From NCBI GenBank assembly GCA_019414445.1, contig DXMA01000009.1, positions 2,670 through 66,669 on the forward strand: a stretch of 64,000 bases of DNA. The letters run 5' to 3'. A program made the translations under genes and the position numbers. Positions 37,056 through 46,280 of this stretch are shown in pieces. Every line of letters begins with the position of its first letter. The first letter of the stretch is position 1. The notes below the pieces were generated by a model. That model did no database searches and was not told where the DNA came from. It saw only the letters and a list, made by a program, of their open reading frames with translations. The stretch comes from Collinsella sp. Its GTDB lineage: Bacteria > Actinomycetota > Coriobacteriia > Coriobacteriales > Coriobacteriaceae.

Positions 37056-39239
37056 GTGAAGGATTCCGACCTCTCCACAACAGCTGCGCGCGACGCCGCT
37101 CGCATTGTTTGGTTTAAGCGCTATCCCGCCAAGCAGACGCTCATCGCCTTTTTGCTCGCCCTGCTGGCGACCACGGCGTTTTCCATCGATCCCGCCCCGG
37201 TGTCGAGCAATGCAGTCCTGGCGATCGATCCAAAGGCCTCGGGCATGCTTTACGTGTGCTACGAGGTGCTCCTGTCGTTTGCCGGTCACACCGACGCGGT
37301 CATGCTGCTCGCGCTGGCCTGTCTACTCACGTTGCCCTTTCGTTACGTGTTCTTTGGCCGCGGCGACACCTGGCGTCCATCGATCATTCTGCCGTCGCTG
37401 TTTTTCGCCATCTGCATGGTGTTCGGCCGCAGCTACGATCTCACCGACTCGGCCGAGATTGTTTTTGGCGACAAGGCCCGCATCATCTGCGCCTGGATTG
37501 GCGGCGCGGGCTGGATGCTCCTAGCGATCGTGGCTTTCTATCTGGCTTTTGAGTGCCTGGATTGGCTGAGCTCTCGGCGCATCCCGTTTTCCGAGGCGCA
37601 CTTTGGGCGCATATGGCGTGTGGCTCACGCCGTGCTCTCGGTCCATCCCTTTGCCGGGCCCTTCCTGGTGCTTATGATCGCCTGGGCGCCCACGCTCATC
37701 GCTTCGCTGCCTGGCCTTTTTATGGGAGATACGGGCGCGCAGATTCGCCAGTGGTTCAACTATCCCAACGGCACGAGCGACTACCTGCGCCTACTCAACC
37801 CCAACGTGCTGCTCAACGGGCATCATCCCGTAGTGCACACGGCCATTATCGGCTCGTGCGTTCAGCTGGGGCTTTCGCTGTTCAACAGCGCTAACGCGGG
37901 CCTCATCATCTATACCTGCGCTCAATTTGTCATCACGGCTGCCTGCATGGCCTATTCCATTTCGTCGCTGCGCAAACTGGGCGTGAGCCTGCCGGTTCGC
38001 GGTGCGATCCTGCTGTTCTTTGCGTTTATGCCGATGTTCTCCAACTACGCGGCGTTGCTCACCAAAGACGTGCTCTTTGCCGACGCGTTTTTGGTGCTGC
38101 TGGTACAGACCGTCAAGCTCGTGGCATGTGGCTTGCCCCGTCGTGATGCCAATGTCGAGCGAGCGGGCGAGAAAGCCCCCGTGCTCTTTGCGCGCCACGA
38201 CTGGCTGCTGCTCGCGCTGGCTGCTATGGGTTCCACGTTTCTGCGCAACGGCGGCCTTGTGTTTCCCCTGGCGGCATGCGTAATCGCGGCGGCGTTTTGC
38301 GTATGGGACGCGCATGTGGCTCGTCGTGCAGTCAAGCAGGCTGGTGCTGCGCCTTCGGGCGCCATCCCGCGTTTCCGCTGGGTGGGAGTTCTCGCGGTGC
38401 TCGCGCTCTGCCTTGCCTCTAATATGTACTTCACCAAGGTCTTTATGCCGGCGCACGATATCACGCCTGGTTCCAAGCGCGAAATCCTCTCGATTCCGTT
38501 CCAACAGACGGCTCGTTTCGTCCAAAAGCACGACGGCCTCAACTCGGGCGTCAACCCTACGGTTAAGGAGGACGGCACTATCGTGGAGGCTCCTTGCGAC
38601 GGTTCGGTGACCGACGAAGAGCGTGCCGTGATCGATCGCGTACTCAAGTACGAGAACCTGGGCCTCCGCTACAACCCCGACAAGTCCGATGCCGTCAAGA
38701 ACTGCTTTAACGAATACGCCTCGCAGGAGGACATCGATGCCTATTTTGAGGTATGGGCTCAGATGTTTAAGAAGGATCCCGAGTGCTATATTTCGGCGCT
38801 TATCAATAACTACTATGGTTATTTTTATCCGAGCGCGCGCGATGCCTGGGTCTACAGCACGGCGCGTAGTGCCGAGATCATGGCGCGTCCCGACAACCTC
38901 AAGTACTTCGACTTCCATCCGGTTGACAGCAACGTGGTGCGCTGGTGCGACCACCTGATCAATCTGTACCGTGTGGCGGTGCAGCGTATCCCGTTTATTT
39001 CGCTCACCATGAGCTCGGCCACCTATGTGTGGATCATGATCGCCGTGGTGGTCTACCTGCTGCGTCGTCATTCATGGCGTGCGCTGACAATCTGGGTGCC
39101 GCTGTTGGGCGTGCTCGCTGTGTGCCTGATTGGCCCGTGCAACGGATCGACCTACATGCGCTACCTGTACCCGGTCATTGCCTGCATGCCCTTCGCCATC
39201 GGCGCCACCGTTACCCGCAGCGACTTCCTCTGGTCCTAA
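37056..39239 (+). CDS. Large polytopic membrane protein (DUF6020-like; GT-C glycosyltransferase-like)
   Basis: Many TM segments; PG...D...Q, HHP..HT, KD, LRNGG, SIPFQQTARF, RY.YP pattern. Start uncertain. Confidence 0.65.
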   Translation: MKDSDLSTTAARDAARIVWFKRYPAKQTLIAFLLALLATTAFSIDPAPVSSNAVLAIDPKASGMLYVCYEVLLSFAGHTDAVMLLALACLLTLPFRYVFFGRGDTWRPSIILPSLFFAICMVFGRSYDLTDSAEIVFGDKARIICAWIGGAGWMLLAIVAFYLAFECLDWLSSRRIPFSEAHFGRIWRVAHAVLSVHPFAGPFLVLMIAWAPTLIASLPGLFMGDTGAQIRQWFNYPNGTSDYLRLLNPNVLLNGHHPVVHTAIIGSCVQLGLSLFNSANAGLIIYTCAQFVITAACMAYSISSLRKLGVSLPVRGAILLFFAFMPMFSNYAALLTKDVLFADAFLVLLVQTVKLVACGLPRRDANVERAGEKAPVLFARHDWLLLALAAMGSTFLRNGGLVFPLAACVIAAAFCVWDAHVARRAVKQAGAAPSGAIPRFRWVGVLAVLALCLASNMYFTKVFMPAHDITPGSKREILSIPFQQTARFVQKHDGLNSGVNPTVKEDGTIVEAPCDGSVTDEERAVIDRVLKYENLGLRYNPDKSDAVKNCFNEYASQEDIDAYFEVWAQMFKKDPECYISALINNYYGYFYPSARDAWVYSTARSAEIMARPDNLKYFDFHPVDSNVVRWCDHLINLYRVAVQRIPFISLTMSSATYVWIMIAVVVYLLRRHSWRALTIWVPLLGVLAVCLIGPCNGSTYMRYLYPVIACMPFAIGATVTRSDFLWS

Positions 39240-39240
39240 C

Positions 39241-39273
39241 TTGGTGCATTGGGGTCAGGTTACTTTGCACCAA
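39241..39273 (+). repeat. Palindrome with GGGGTCAGG loop (variant of the GGGGACAGG family)
   Basis: TTGGTGCA-TTGGGGTCAGGTTACTT-TGCACCAA immediately after a stop codon. Confidence 0.6.
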
Positions 39274-39405
39274 AGGGTGGCATCATCACGACGCCTTCAT
39301 TTTTTTGTTTATCTCACAGGCCAGTAGGTATATCATTTATAGCGTTTGTTTATATTGCCCGAGCATCTGCGCTGGGCTTTAGGTCGAAACCGATAGGAGA
39401 CACGT

Positions 39406-40212
39406 ATGTCCGGACACTCTAAGTGGGCCACAACCAAGCATCGTAAGGGCGCGCAGGACGCCAAGCGTTCCGCCCTCTTCTCCAAGCTCAGCCGCAACAT
39501 CACTGTTGCTGCCCGTCTCGGCGGTGACCCGCTGCCCGAGAACAACGCCAGCCTCGCCGCTGCCGTTGCCAAGGCTAAGGCTCAGTCCATGCCCAAGGAC
39601 AAGATCAAGTCCGCTATCGACAAGGCTTTTGGTTCGGGTGCCGATGCTGCCGTCTACGAGAACATCGTGTACGAGGGCTACGGTCCCGCCGGTGTCGCCG
39701 TCTACGTCGACTGCCTGACCGACAACCGCAACCGTACCGCCGCCGATGTCCGTTCCGCTTTCTCCCACGCTGGTGGCAACCTGGGCACTTCCGGCTCCGT
39801 CGCCTTCCAGTTTGAGCGCAAGGGCCAGATCGTCGTTGCCAAGGAGATCCTGGACGAGAACGCCAAGAAGGAGACCATGATCGCCAACGGTGCTGCCGGT
39901 GACGAGGATGAGTTCATGATGGCCATCGCCGAGGCCGGTGGCGAAGACTACGAGGACGCCGGCGAGGAGTGGATCGTCTGGACTACTGCCAACGAAGTCA
40001 TGGCTGTCTCCAAGGCGCTCGAGGAGCAGGGCGTCCAGGTCAAGGGCTCCGAGACCACCATGGTCCCGACCACCCCGACCGAGGTCTCCGGCGCCGACGC
40101 CAAGAAGGTCCAGCGCCTCATCGACCGTCTTGAGGAGCTCGACGACGTCCAGGATGTTTACAGCACCATGGACATGACCGACGAGGTCATCGCTGCCCTC
40201 GAGGAGGAGTAG
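39406..40212 (+). CDS. yebC: YebC/PmpR family protein
   Basis: MSGHSKW..TKHRKG, YEGYGP.G, TDNRNRT, G.SGSV. Confidence 0.96.
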   Translation: MSGHSKWATTKHRKGAQDAKRSALFSKLSRNITVAARLGGDPLPENNASLAAAVAKAKAQSMPKDKIKSAIDKAFGSGADAAVYENIVYEGYGPAGVAVYVDCLTDNRNRTAADVRSAFSHAGGNLGTSGSVAFQFERKGQIVVAKEILDENAKKETMIANGAAGDEDEFMMAIAEAGGEDYEDAGEEWIVWTTANEVMAVSKALEEQGVQVKGSETTMVPTTPTEVSGADAKKVQRLIDRLEELDDVQDVYSTMDMTDEVIAALEEE

Positions 40213-40378
40213 CGCCCGCACGGGTTAAGCCGTGCATATCTGGGCATAATGAAGCGAGCATGCAAGCCTCGTGGAATAGATGAGCCGGATCCGCGTGCGT
40301 AGAGCACCGGACCCGGCTCTTTTATAATGATGCGAACCGTTTTGCATTTCGAGAGCCGAGATTTGAAGGGAGCGCCGC

Positions 40379-40924
40379 GTGCGCGTACTCAAACGAGCCC
40401 TAGCGATCGTGTACCTTGCCGCCACCATCGTGGCGCTGGGTACGCTTGTCTGCCAGTTTTGGGGGCCGTATACGTATCGCTTTATGCTGCTGATGCGCGA
40501 CCCCATGCCGCGTATCGTCGTCACGGCGTGCGGCGGAGTTGTGGCGATCGGCGTGTTGGCAAGCTTCTTCCGCCTGATGTTTGCTCGTCGCGAGCCGTCC
40601 TGCGTGCATCCGGCGGGGGAGCGCAATATCGAGGTTACCCTTGCGGCGCTTTCTTCGTGTGCCAGGGCTGCTGCTGAGCGCGACGACCGCGTGATGGTCG
40701 AGCATGTCGAGGCCCGCGTCCAAGGCTCCGACGATTCGCACGTCCGTTTTAAGGTCGAGGCCATCGCGCTCGATGATAAGGACGTTGCCGCTCTTGCCAC
40801 CTCGATGCAGCAGCGCATCGAGAAGGCCTGCGACACCATGCTCGGCACGCCGGGTACGACCGCGCGTGTCCGTTTTTTGCCGTCCAAGACTACCGTCCAG
40901 ACCGTGGAGGTTTCCGGTGAGTGA
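40379..40924 (+). CDS. amaP: Alkaline shock response membrane anchor (AmaP-like)
   Basis: Two N-terminal TM helices and a soluble C-terminus; first gene of an amaP-DUF2273-asp23 arrangement. Confidence 0.65.
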   Translation: MRVLKRALAIVYLAATIVALGTLVCQFWGPYTYRFMLLMRDPMPRIVVTACGGVVAIGVLASFFRLMFARREPSCVHPAGERNIEVTLAALSSCARAAAERDDRVMVEHVEARVQGSDDSHVRFKVEAIALDDKDVAALATSMQQRIEKACDTMLGTPGTTARVRFLPSKTTVQTVEVSGE

Positions 40925-41294
40925 TACCAATCAAGATAAGACCGCTCGTACGCCGCGCCTGACGATTGACCAGAGCGCTACGCCGGCGAGCGAACCTGTT
41001 GATTCCAAAGCAGAGGCAACCGAGTTACAAGACGCGGCAGCCGCGGATTTTGACGAGGCTATGGGTCTCATCAAGGGTACGGGCGCTGCCATCTGGAGCT
41101 ATGCTGTGCGTCATCCCAACACCACGCTCGGTGCCGTCGCCGGCTTTATCCTTGCCGTGTTGGTGCTCACGTTGGGCCTGTGGGATACGCTCGTCATTGC
41201 ATTCTTCGTGCTGATCGGCGCCGTGATCGGTCAAATTCGCGACGGCGAGAACGGGATCGTCAACTTCTTCGGCCGTCTGTTTAGCGGCCGCTAA
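40917..41294 (+). CDS. DUF2273 small membrane protein
   Basis: G...G.ILA.L.L..G.W.T......IG..IG..RDG; GTG start overlapping amaP after GGAGG. Confidence 0.8.
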   Translation: MSDTNQDKTARTPRLTIDQSATPASEPVDSKAEATELQDAAAADFDEAMGLIKGTGAAIWSYAVRHPNTTLGAVAGFILAVLVLTLGLWDTLVIAFFVLIGAVIGQIRDGENGIVNFFGRLFSGR

Positions 41295-41338
41295 TATGTA
41301 TTCGACTGTCGCATCCGCGGCAGGCATAAGGAGGAACC

Positions 41339-41860
41339 ATGGCTTTTAATACGAAGGTCGATGTAGCCGATACCGAGCTCGAGGAGAACGAGGCGGTCGT
41401 CGCCGAAGCTGAGGATGTAGAACTCGAAGGTCAGTCCCTCGCCGAGACAGAGGCCGAGCCCGATGCGGATGAGGATGACGAGGAAACGGACGAGTCCGAG
41501 GACTCGCTGACTTATTCCAACGGCGTGATCGAGAAGATCGTTGCCATGGCCACCCGCGAGGTTCCGCACGTTCTGGGCATGAAGGGTAACCTCATGCACT
41601 TTGTTCAGGAGCAGTTTGGTGCCGAGAATCTGACCAAGGGCGTGACGGTCGAGGTCACCGATGACAATCGCGTGGTCGTCAACATCTCCGTCATCATCGA
41701 GTACGGCGCCTATGCGCCCGCGATCTTCGACGATGTCAAGGCACGTGTCACCGAGCGTCTTGCCGCGATGACTGGCCTTGAGGTGGCGGGCGTCAACCTG
41801 CGTATCGAGGACGTCATCACCCCCGAGGAGTACGAGCACCGTACCAGCCAGCACGAATAA
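41339..41860 (+). CDS. Asp23/Gls24 family envelope stress protein with acidic N-terminal extension
   Basis: LTYS.GVIEKI..MA.REV..V, GV.VEV, IEYG, MTGLEV..VN..I.D. Confidence 0.92.
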   Translation: MAFNTKVDVADTELEENEAVVAEAEDVELEGQSLAETEAEPDADEDDEETDESEDSLTYSNGVIEKIVAMATREVPHVLGMKGNLMHFVQEQFGAENLTKGVTVEVTDDNRVVVNISVIIEYGAYAPAIFDDVKARVTERLAAMTGLEVAGVNLRIEDVITPEEYEHRTSQHE

Positions 41861-41912
41861 CCTTCCAAAAAGAGACAGGTTTGTTTTGGCAGGTTTTATC
41901 AGCGAAAACGTT
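41859..41912 (+). repeat. Dispersed palindromic repeat, family 1, copy E
   Basis: AACCTTCCAAAAAGAGACAGGTTTGTTTTGGCAGGTTTTATCAGCGAAAACGTT. Confidence 0.88.
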
Positions 41913-41955
41913 AAACGGCCGACCGCGCAAGCAAAAGCGTGGCCGGCCGTTTTTG
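41913..41955 (+). terminator. Intrinsic terminator
   Basis: AAACGGCCGACC...GGCCGGCCGTTTTT. Confidence 0.7.
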
Positions 41956-42066
41956 TACGCTCCCGATGTAGTCATACCGCTCGTCTAACTAGGGGTTGCA
42001 ATCCCCACGTTCCGCGTTACTCTAATGGGCGCATTGTTTCCAAATTGTTAACGAGGGGTTGCCGTA

Positions 42067-43089
42067 ATGGCCGACGAGCACGAAACAGAAAGCAAGGCAT
42101 GGGCAATTGAGGCCGCTGCGGCAGAAGCGGCGTCGCGTGCTGCCGAGGAGGTGCATCGTCCTCCCGTAGTGCCGATGGAGCGCGTGGTCGATCGCGATGT
42201 TATCGAGCGGGGCGAGCGCGCTGGTCGCAAGCGCAGCCAGGAGCCGGGCTTTCCGCGCTTTTTTGCCGAGCTCAATTTGGGCCTGATCCTCACGGCCTTT
42301 GCCATCGTTGCGTTTAAAACACCTAATCACTTTGCTTTTGGCGGCACCTCGGGCGTGTCGGTCATTCTGTCCACGCTGTTCCCGACCCTGCCCGTCGGCG
42401 TCTTTATGTGGATTATCAATGCGGTGCTCGTCATCCTGGGCTTTATCTTTTTGGAGCGCAAGGCAATCCTGTGGAGTGTCTTTGCCTCGTTTGCGCTGTC
42501 CGCCTATGTTTCGCTGTTTGAGCTCTTTATTCCGACCGATGTCTCGATGACGGGCGATATGTGGCTCGACCTGTGCTTTGCCGTGATTCTGCCGGCGCTC
42601 GGCAGCGCCATCGTCTTTGATATTGGTGCCTCGACGGGCGGCACGGACATCCTCGCCATGATCCTCAAACGCCGCACGACGCTCGAGATTGGCCGCGCCC
42701 TGCTGTTGGTCGATATCGGCATTGTGACCATCGCGGCCTTCTTGTACGGGCCGCGCGTCGGTCTGTATTGCGTGCTTGGCCTGTTTGCCAAGACGCTCGT
42801 GGTCGACAAGGCCATCGAGAGCATTCACCTGCGCAAAGTCTGCACGGTCATTTGTTCCGAGCCCCTTAAGGTCGAGGAGTTTATCGTCAAACATCTCAAC
42901 CGCACGGCGACTATCAGCCGCGGCTACGGCGCCTTCTCGGGCAAGTGCGTGACGGTGATCATGAGCGTGCTGAGTCGTCGCGAGGCCGTGCAGCTGCGTC
43001 GCTACGCTCGCGAGATCGATCCGGGTGCCTTTATCACGATCGTCGACAGCTCCGAGATCGTCGGCAAGGGTTTCCGCGGAACGAACTAA
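42067..43089 (+). CDS. YitT family membrane protein
   Basis: PN.FAFGG.SG, GASTGGTDI, G.GAFSG, IDP.AF, E..GKGF. Confidence 0.93.
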   Translation: MADEHETESKAWAIEAAAAEAASRAAEEVHRPPVVPMERVVDRDVIERGERAGRKRSQEPGFPRFFAELNLGLILTAFAIVAFKTPNHFAFGGTSGVSVILSTLFPTLPVGVFMWIINAVLVILGFIFLERKAILWSVFASFALSAYVSLFELFIPTDVSMTGDMWLDLCFAVILPALGSAIVFDIGASTGGTDILAMILKRRTTLEIGRALLLVDIGIVTIAAFLYGPRVGLYCVLGLFAKTLVVDKAIESIHLRKVCTVICSEPLKVEEFIVKHLNRTATISRGYGAFSGKCVTVIMSVLSRREAVQLRRYAREIDPGAFITIVDSSEIVGKGFRGTN

Positions 43090-43239
43090 CGCGGTCGAGC
43101 TTATCAAACAATCGAATAGCGCCCTGCGCATTGCAAATGCGTCATGTTGGAGTATTTGTCCCCACATTGGGTGATAATGATGCCAAAGACATCGTTTGCG
43201 ATCCAGATGATTCGCTCAAGATACGAAGGGATGATCTCG

Positions 43240-44508
43240 ATGTTCTGTTCGCAGCGTGGTGCCCCCATGGGCGACAACGATAAGTTCTGTGGTGCGTGTG
43301 GTGCCCCCAATGCCGGTGCCGCAGCCTCTGCCCCTCAGGGTCAGCCCCAGCAGTTTGTTCCGCAACCGCCCGTGGCGAATGCGTCCAAGGGCTGTGTGGC
43401 TCAGGCGTTTGAGGACATGACCAAGACGCCGGGCGTGCTGCAGCGCGTGTGCCAGATCGCCTTTTTGCCGGCGCTGATTTGTGTTGTGTCGGTGCTCGTG
43501 CTGTTCATTCCCGTTATCGGCGGTATCGCGGCTGCCATCGGCTTTTTGGCAGCTTGCATTGCGAGCGTGTGTGGTTCCGGCTTTGGTATTGAGTGGGGTC
43601 GCGATCTGTCGCTCAAGGTTGATGACGGTATGGATCGTCCACTCATGCGTTCCACGTCGTTTGGCCTCGGAGTCTTTTCGAGCGTTATCTCGGTCGTGCT
43701 CGAGGTTATCGCTGCCATTCCCGTTATCGGTGTAGTGCTTTCGCTGGTGGAGAGCGTGGTAATTGGCGCCGCGGGCTCGTATTCGTATTACGGCTCTTAT
43801 GCACTCGAGGCAGCGCTGTTCGGCTCGCTTGGCCTGCTTGTCCTGGCTATGATTGCCACGGCGGTCTTGGGGGTCTTCTTTAAGATGTTCGCCGACATTG
43901 CCGTGATGCACTTTGCGGTGACCGGTCGTGTCGAGAGCGCGTTTTCGCTCGATAAGGTCTGGGCGGCCTTTAAGCACAACAAGACCAAACTGTTCTGCGC
44001 TTCGTTCCTTCCCGAGTTTTTGACGGGCCTGGTCGCCAACGTTGTCACCTGGATCCTGACGTTCGTCTTTGGCACCATTGCCTCTGTCGGTATGTATAGC
44101 TACTACTACCGTCCTACGGCTATTGAGGCGCTTGTTACCGGCGGTGGCATCACGCTCGTATTGTTCTTGGTGCTGACGGCGTTTGTCACGGTATTCCTCA
44201 CGGTCTTTGGCAAGATGCTCAAGCACCGTGCCGTTGGCTATTGGGTTGCGCGCTACGCAAGCGAGTGGGCCGACGAGGACAAGGACGACGTCCTGACTTT
44301 TGTGCTGCCGTTTGAGAAGAAGTCTGCTCCGGCTGGTTTTAGCGCCGACGCAGCGCCCGTATCCGATTCCGCTGCGGCGCCGGCGCCTGCGCCCGAGCCC
44401 GAGCCCGAGCCCGTGCCTGAGCCTGAGCCTGAGGCTGAGCCCGCGCCCGTGCCTGAGCCCGAGCCCGAGCCTGCACCAAGCTCCGACGAGGACCCGCAGG
44501 ACGAGTAG
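43240..44508 (+). CDS. Zinc-ribbon-led membrane protein (DUF4013-like) with Pro/Glu-rich tail
   Basis: MFCSQRG...KFCGACG N-terminus, several TM helices, (PE)n C-terminus. Confidence 0.75.
   Translation: MFCSQRGAPMGDNDKFCGACGAPNAGAAASAPQGQPQQFVPQPPVANASKGCVAQAFEDMTKTPGVLQRVCQIAFLPALICVVSVLVLFIPVIGGIAAAIGFLAACIASVCGSGFGIEWGRDLSLKVDDGMDRPLMRSTSFGLGVFSSVISVVLEVIAAIPVIGVVLSLVESVVIGAAGSYSYYGSYALEAALFGSLGLLVLAMIATAVLGVFFKMFADIAVMHFAVTGRVESAFSLDKVWAAFKHNKTKLFCASFLPEFLTGLVANVVTWILTFVFGTIASVGMYSYYYRPTAIEALVTGGGITLVLFLVLTAFVTVFLTVFGKMLKHRAVGYWVARYASEWADEDKDDVLTFVLPFEKKSAPAGFSADAAPVSDSAAAPAPAPEPEPEPVPEPEPEAEPAPVPEPEPEPAPSSDEDPQDE
44377..44477 (+). repeat. Coding hexamer repeat (GAGCCY/GCGCCY) encoding PAPAPEPEPE
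   Basis: Direct reading of the sequence. Confidence 0.85.
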
Positions 44509-44567
44509 CCCTGCCGCCTGCCATTTGGGGACGGGGTAGAAACGGTAGAAATGGCGCTTGACAAATG

Positions 44568-44605
44568 AGCGGGGGCGGACGTGTCGAAACGTCCGCCCCC
44601 GCTTT
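44568..44605. terminator. Bidirectional terminator-like hairpin
   Basis: AGCGGGGGCGGACG...CGTCCGCCCCCGCT between convergent genes. Confidence 0.7.
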
Positions 44606-44648
44606 GATATCGCGATGTGGCTATGACTGCGAGATGGCCGCGAATCGA

Positions 44649-46112
44649 CTACTCGCCGCGCTTCTCCTCGCGGCGAGCGGCGGCACGTGCATCGTGGATG
44701 CCCTTGATCGCGGCATGGCGTGCCGTGCGGGCGTCATGGATGGCGTCGCGAGCCTCGGCGGTCGTTGCCTTGGCAGAGCGCAACTTGGCGGCCAGGTCGG
44801 GGTTGGTTTCGGCGACCGCGGTGATCGCGGGGCCGTCGAGCTCCTCTTGCGTGGGCTCGGCCAAAAAGTCGATGGCATACTGGGCGGCCACCATGGAGCC
44901 CTTTGCCAGCACAGTCTCGTCGATCTTGTAGAAGCAGGAATGTTGGGCGTACGTGGCGCCAATCTTGGGGTTGCGCGTACCTACAAAGGCGAGCACGCCC
45001 GGTACACGGCGCAGGTACTCCGAAAAATCCTCGCCCGAAAGTGTGCCGCGATAATGGCCTTCGCCGGCTGCACCCAGGCACTTGACCACGGCCTGACGAC
45101 AACGCTCGCTCGAGGCGGCATCGTTTTCGACCTTATAATTGGCGATGGTGTAGTCGGTGAGCTCTGCCTCGGCGCCCAAGGCGGCCGCGGTATGCTCCAC
45201 GATGCGGCGCATGAGCTCCGGCATTTCCTCGTGGGTCGAATCTCCGTAGGTGCGCACCGTGCCGGCGAGGTAGGCCGTGCCGGCGATAACGTTGCGCGCG
45301 GTGCCGCCGTGCAGCTCGCCGACGGTAATGACGGCCGGCTCGTAGGGGCTGATCTCGCGCGAAACGATGGTCTGCAGGGCATTGACGATCTCGGCGGCCA
45401 CCATAACGGCGTCGTGGCCGCGCTGGGGCATGGCACCGTGGCATGAGGTGCCGCGTACGTCGATGCGGAACCAGTCGGTGTTGGCCATGCGTGGACCGGG
45501 CTCGCAGCTTACGGTGCCGGCATCGACCTCGCTCCAGATATGCGCGGCGTAGGCGCCATCGACGCCGTCGAGCACACCTGTGCCGATCATGAGCTTGGCG
45601 CCCTGGCCGTTTTCCTCGCTGGGCTGGAAGACGACGCGGACTTCGCCGTGGATGTCGTCGGTCATATGGCGCAGGATTTGCAGCGTGCCGAGCATCATGG
45701 CGATATGGCAGTCGTGGCCGCAGGCGTGCATGCAGCCCTCGTTGACGCTGGCAAACTCCTCGCCGGTCTGCTCGGTGACGGGCAGGGCGTCGATGTCGGC
45801 GCGCAGCAGGATGCGGCGGCGTGGCGTGCCGTCCTCGCGATAGGCATCCGGCGCGGTACCGCGAAGCGTTGCCACCAAGCCGGTCTTGAGCGGACGCTCG
45901 TAGGGGATATTCATGGCGTCGAGCTGGTTGGCGATGTCGGAGGTCGTGCGCTCCTCGGCAAGGCTCAGCTCCGGGTGCTTATGGAAGTGCCGGCGCTGCT
46001 TGATGATATAGGGTTCAAACTCGGTAGCGATATCTTTGATGGCTGCGGTGACGTCGTCAGCCGCGCGAGCCTCGGTCGCCGCCATAATCTGCTGTGCCTT
46101 GGTCTTCGTCAT
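44649..46112 (-). CDS. M20D family amidohydrolase
   Basis: RRHFH.HPELS..E, LRADIDALP, MHACGHD.H, FQPSEE, EDFS; ATG 46112 after AAGGAG. Confidence 0.92.
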   Translation of the reverse strand: MTKTKAQQIMAATEARAADDVTAAIKDIATEFEPYIIKQRRHFHKHPELSLAEERTTSDIANQLDAMNIPYERPLKTGLVATLRGTAPDAYREDGTPRRRILLRADIDALPVTEQTGEEFASVNEGCMHACGHDCHIAMMLGTLQILRHMTDDIHGEVRVVFQPSEENGQGAKLMIGTGVLDGVDGAYAAHIWSEVDAGTVSCEPGPRMANTDWFRIDVRGTSCHGAMPQRGHDAVMVAAEIVNALQTIVSREISPYEPAVITVGELHGGTARNVIAGTAYLAGTVRTYGDSTHEEMPELMRRIVEHTAAALGAEAELTDYTIANYKVENDAASSERCRQAVVKCLGAAGEGHYRGTLSGEDFSEYLRRVPGVLAFVGTRNPKIGATYAQHSCFYKIDETVLAKGSMVAAQYAIDFLAEPTQEELDGPAITAVAETNPDLAAKLRSAKATTAEARDAIHDARTARHAAIKGIHDARAAARREEKRGE

Positions 46113-46280
46113 GGTCGATTTGCTCCTTGCTGGGTTGATCGCAAAATCGTACAGGCTCTCTCCAGTATGCCACCTGCCGCTAGGGCTGGTAAAGTTGCCG
46201 TTTGCCGCTTGGGGTTTTGTTGCAAGGGCGGGGGAGTACACTCGGGGGTGTTGAATTTCCTGCCAGAGATGGGGATGCCC

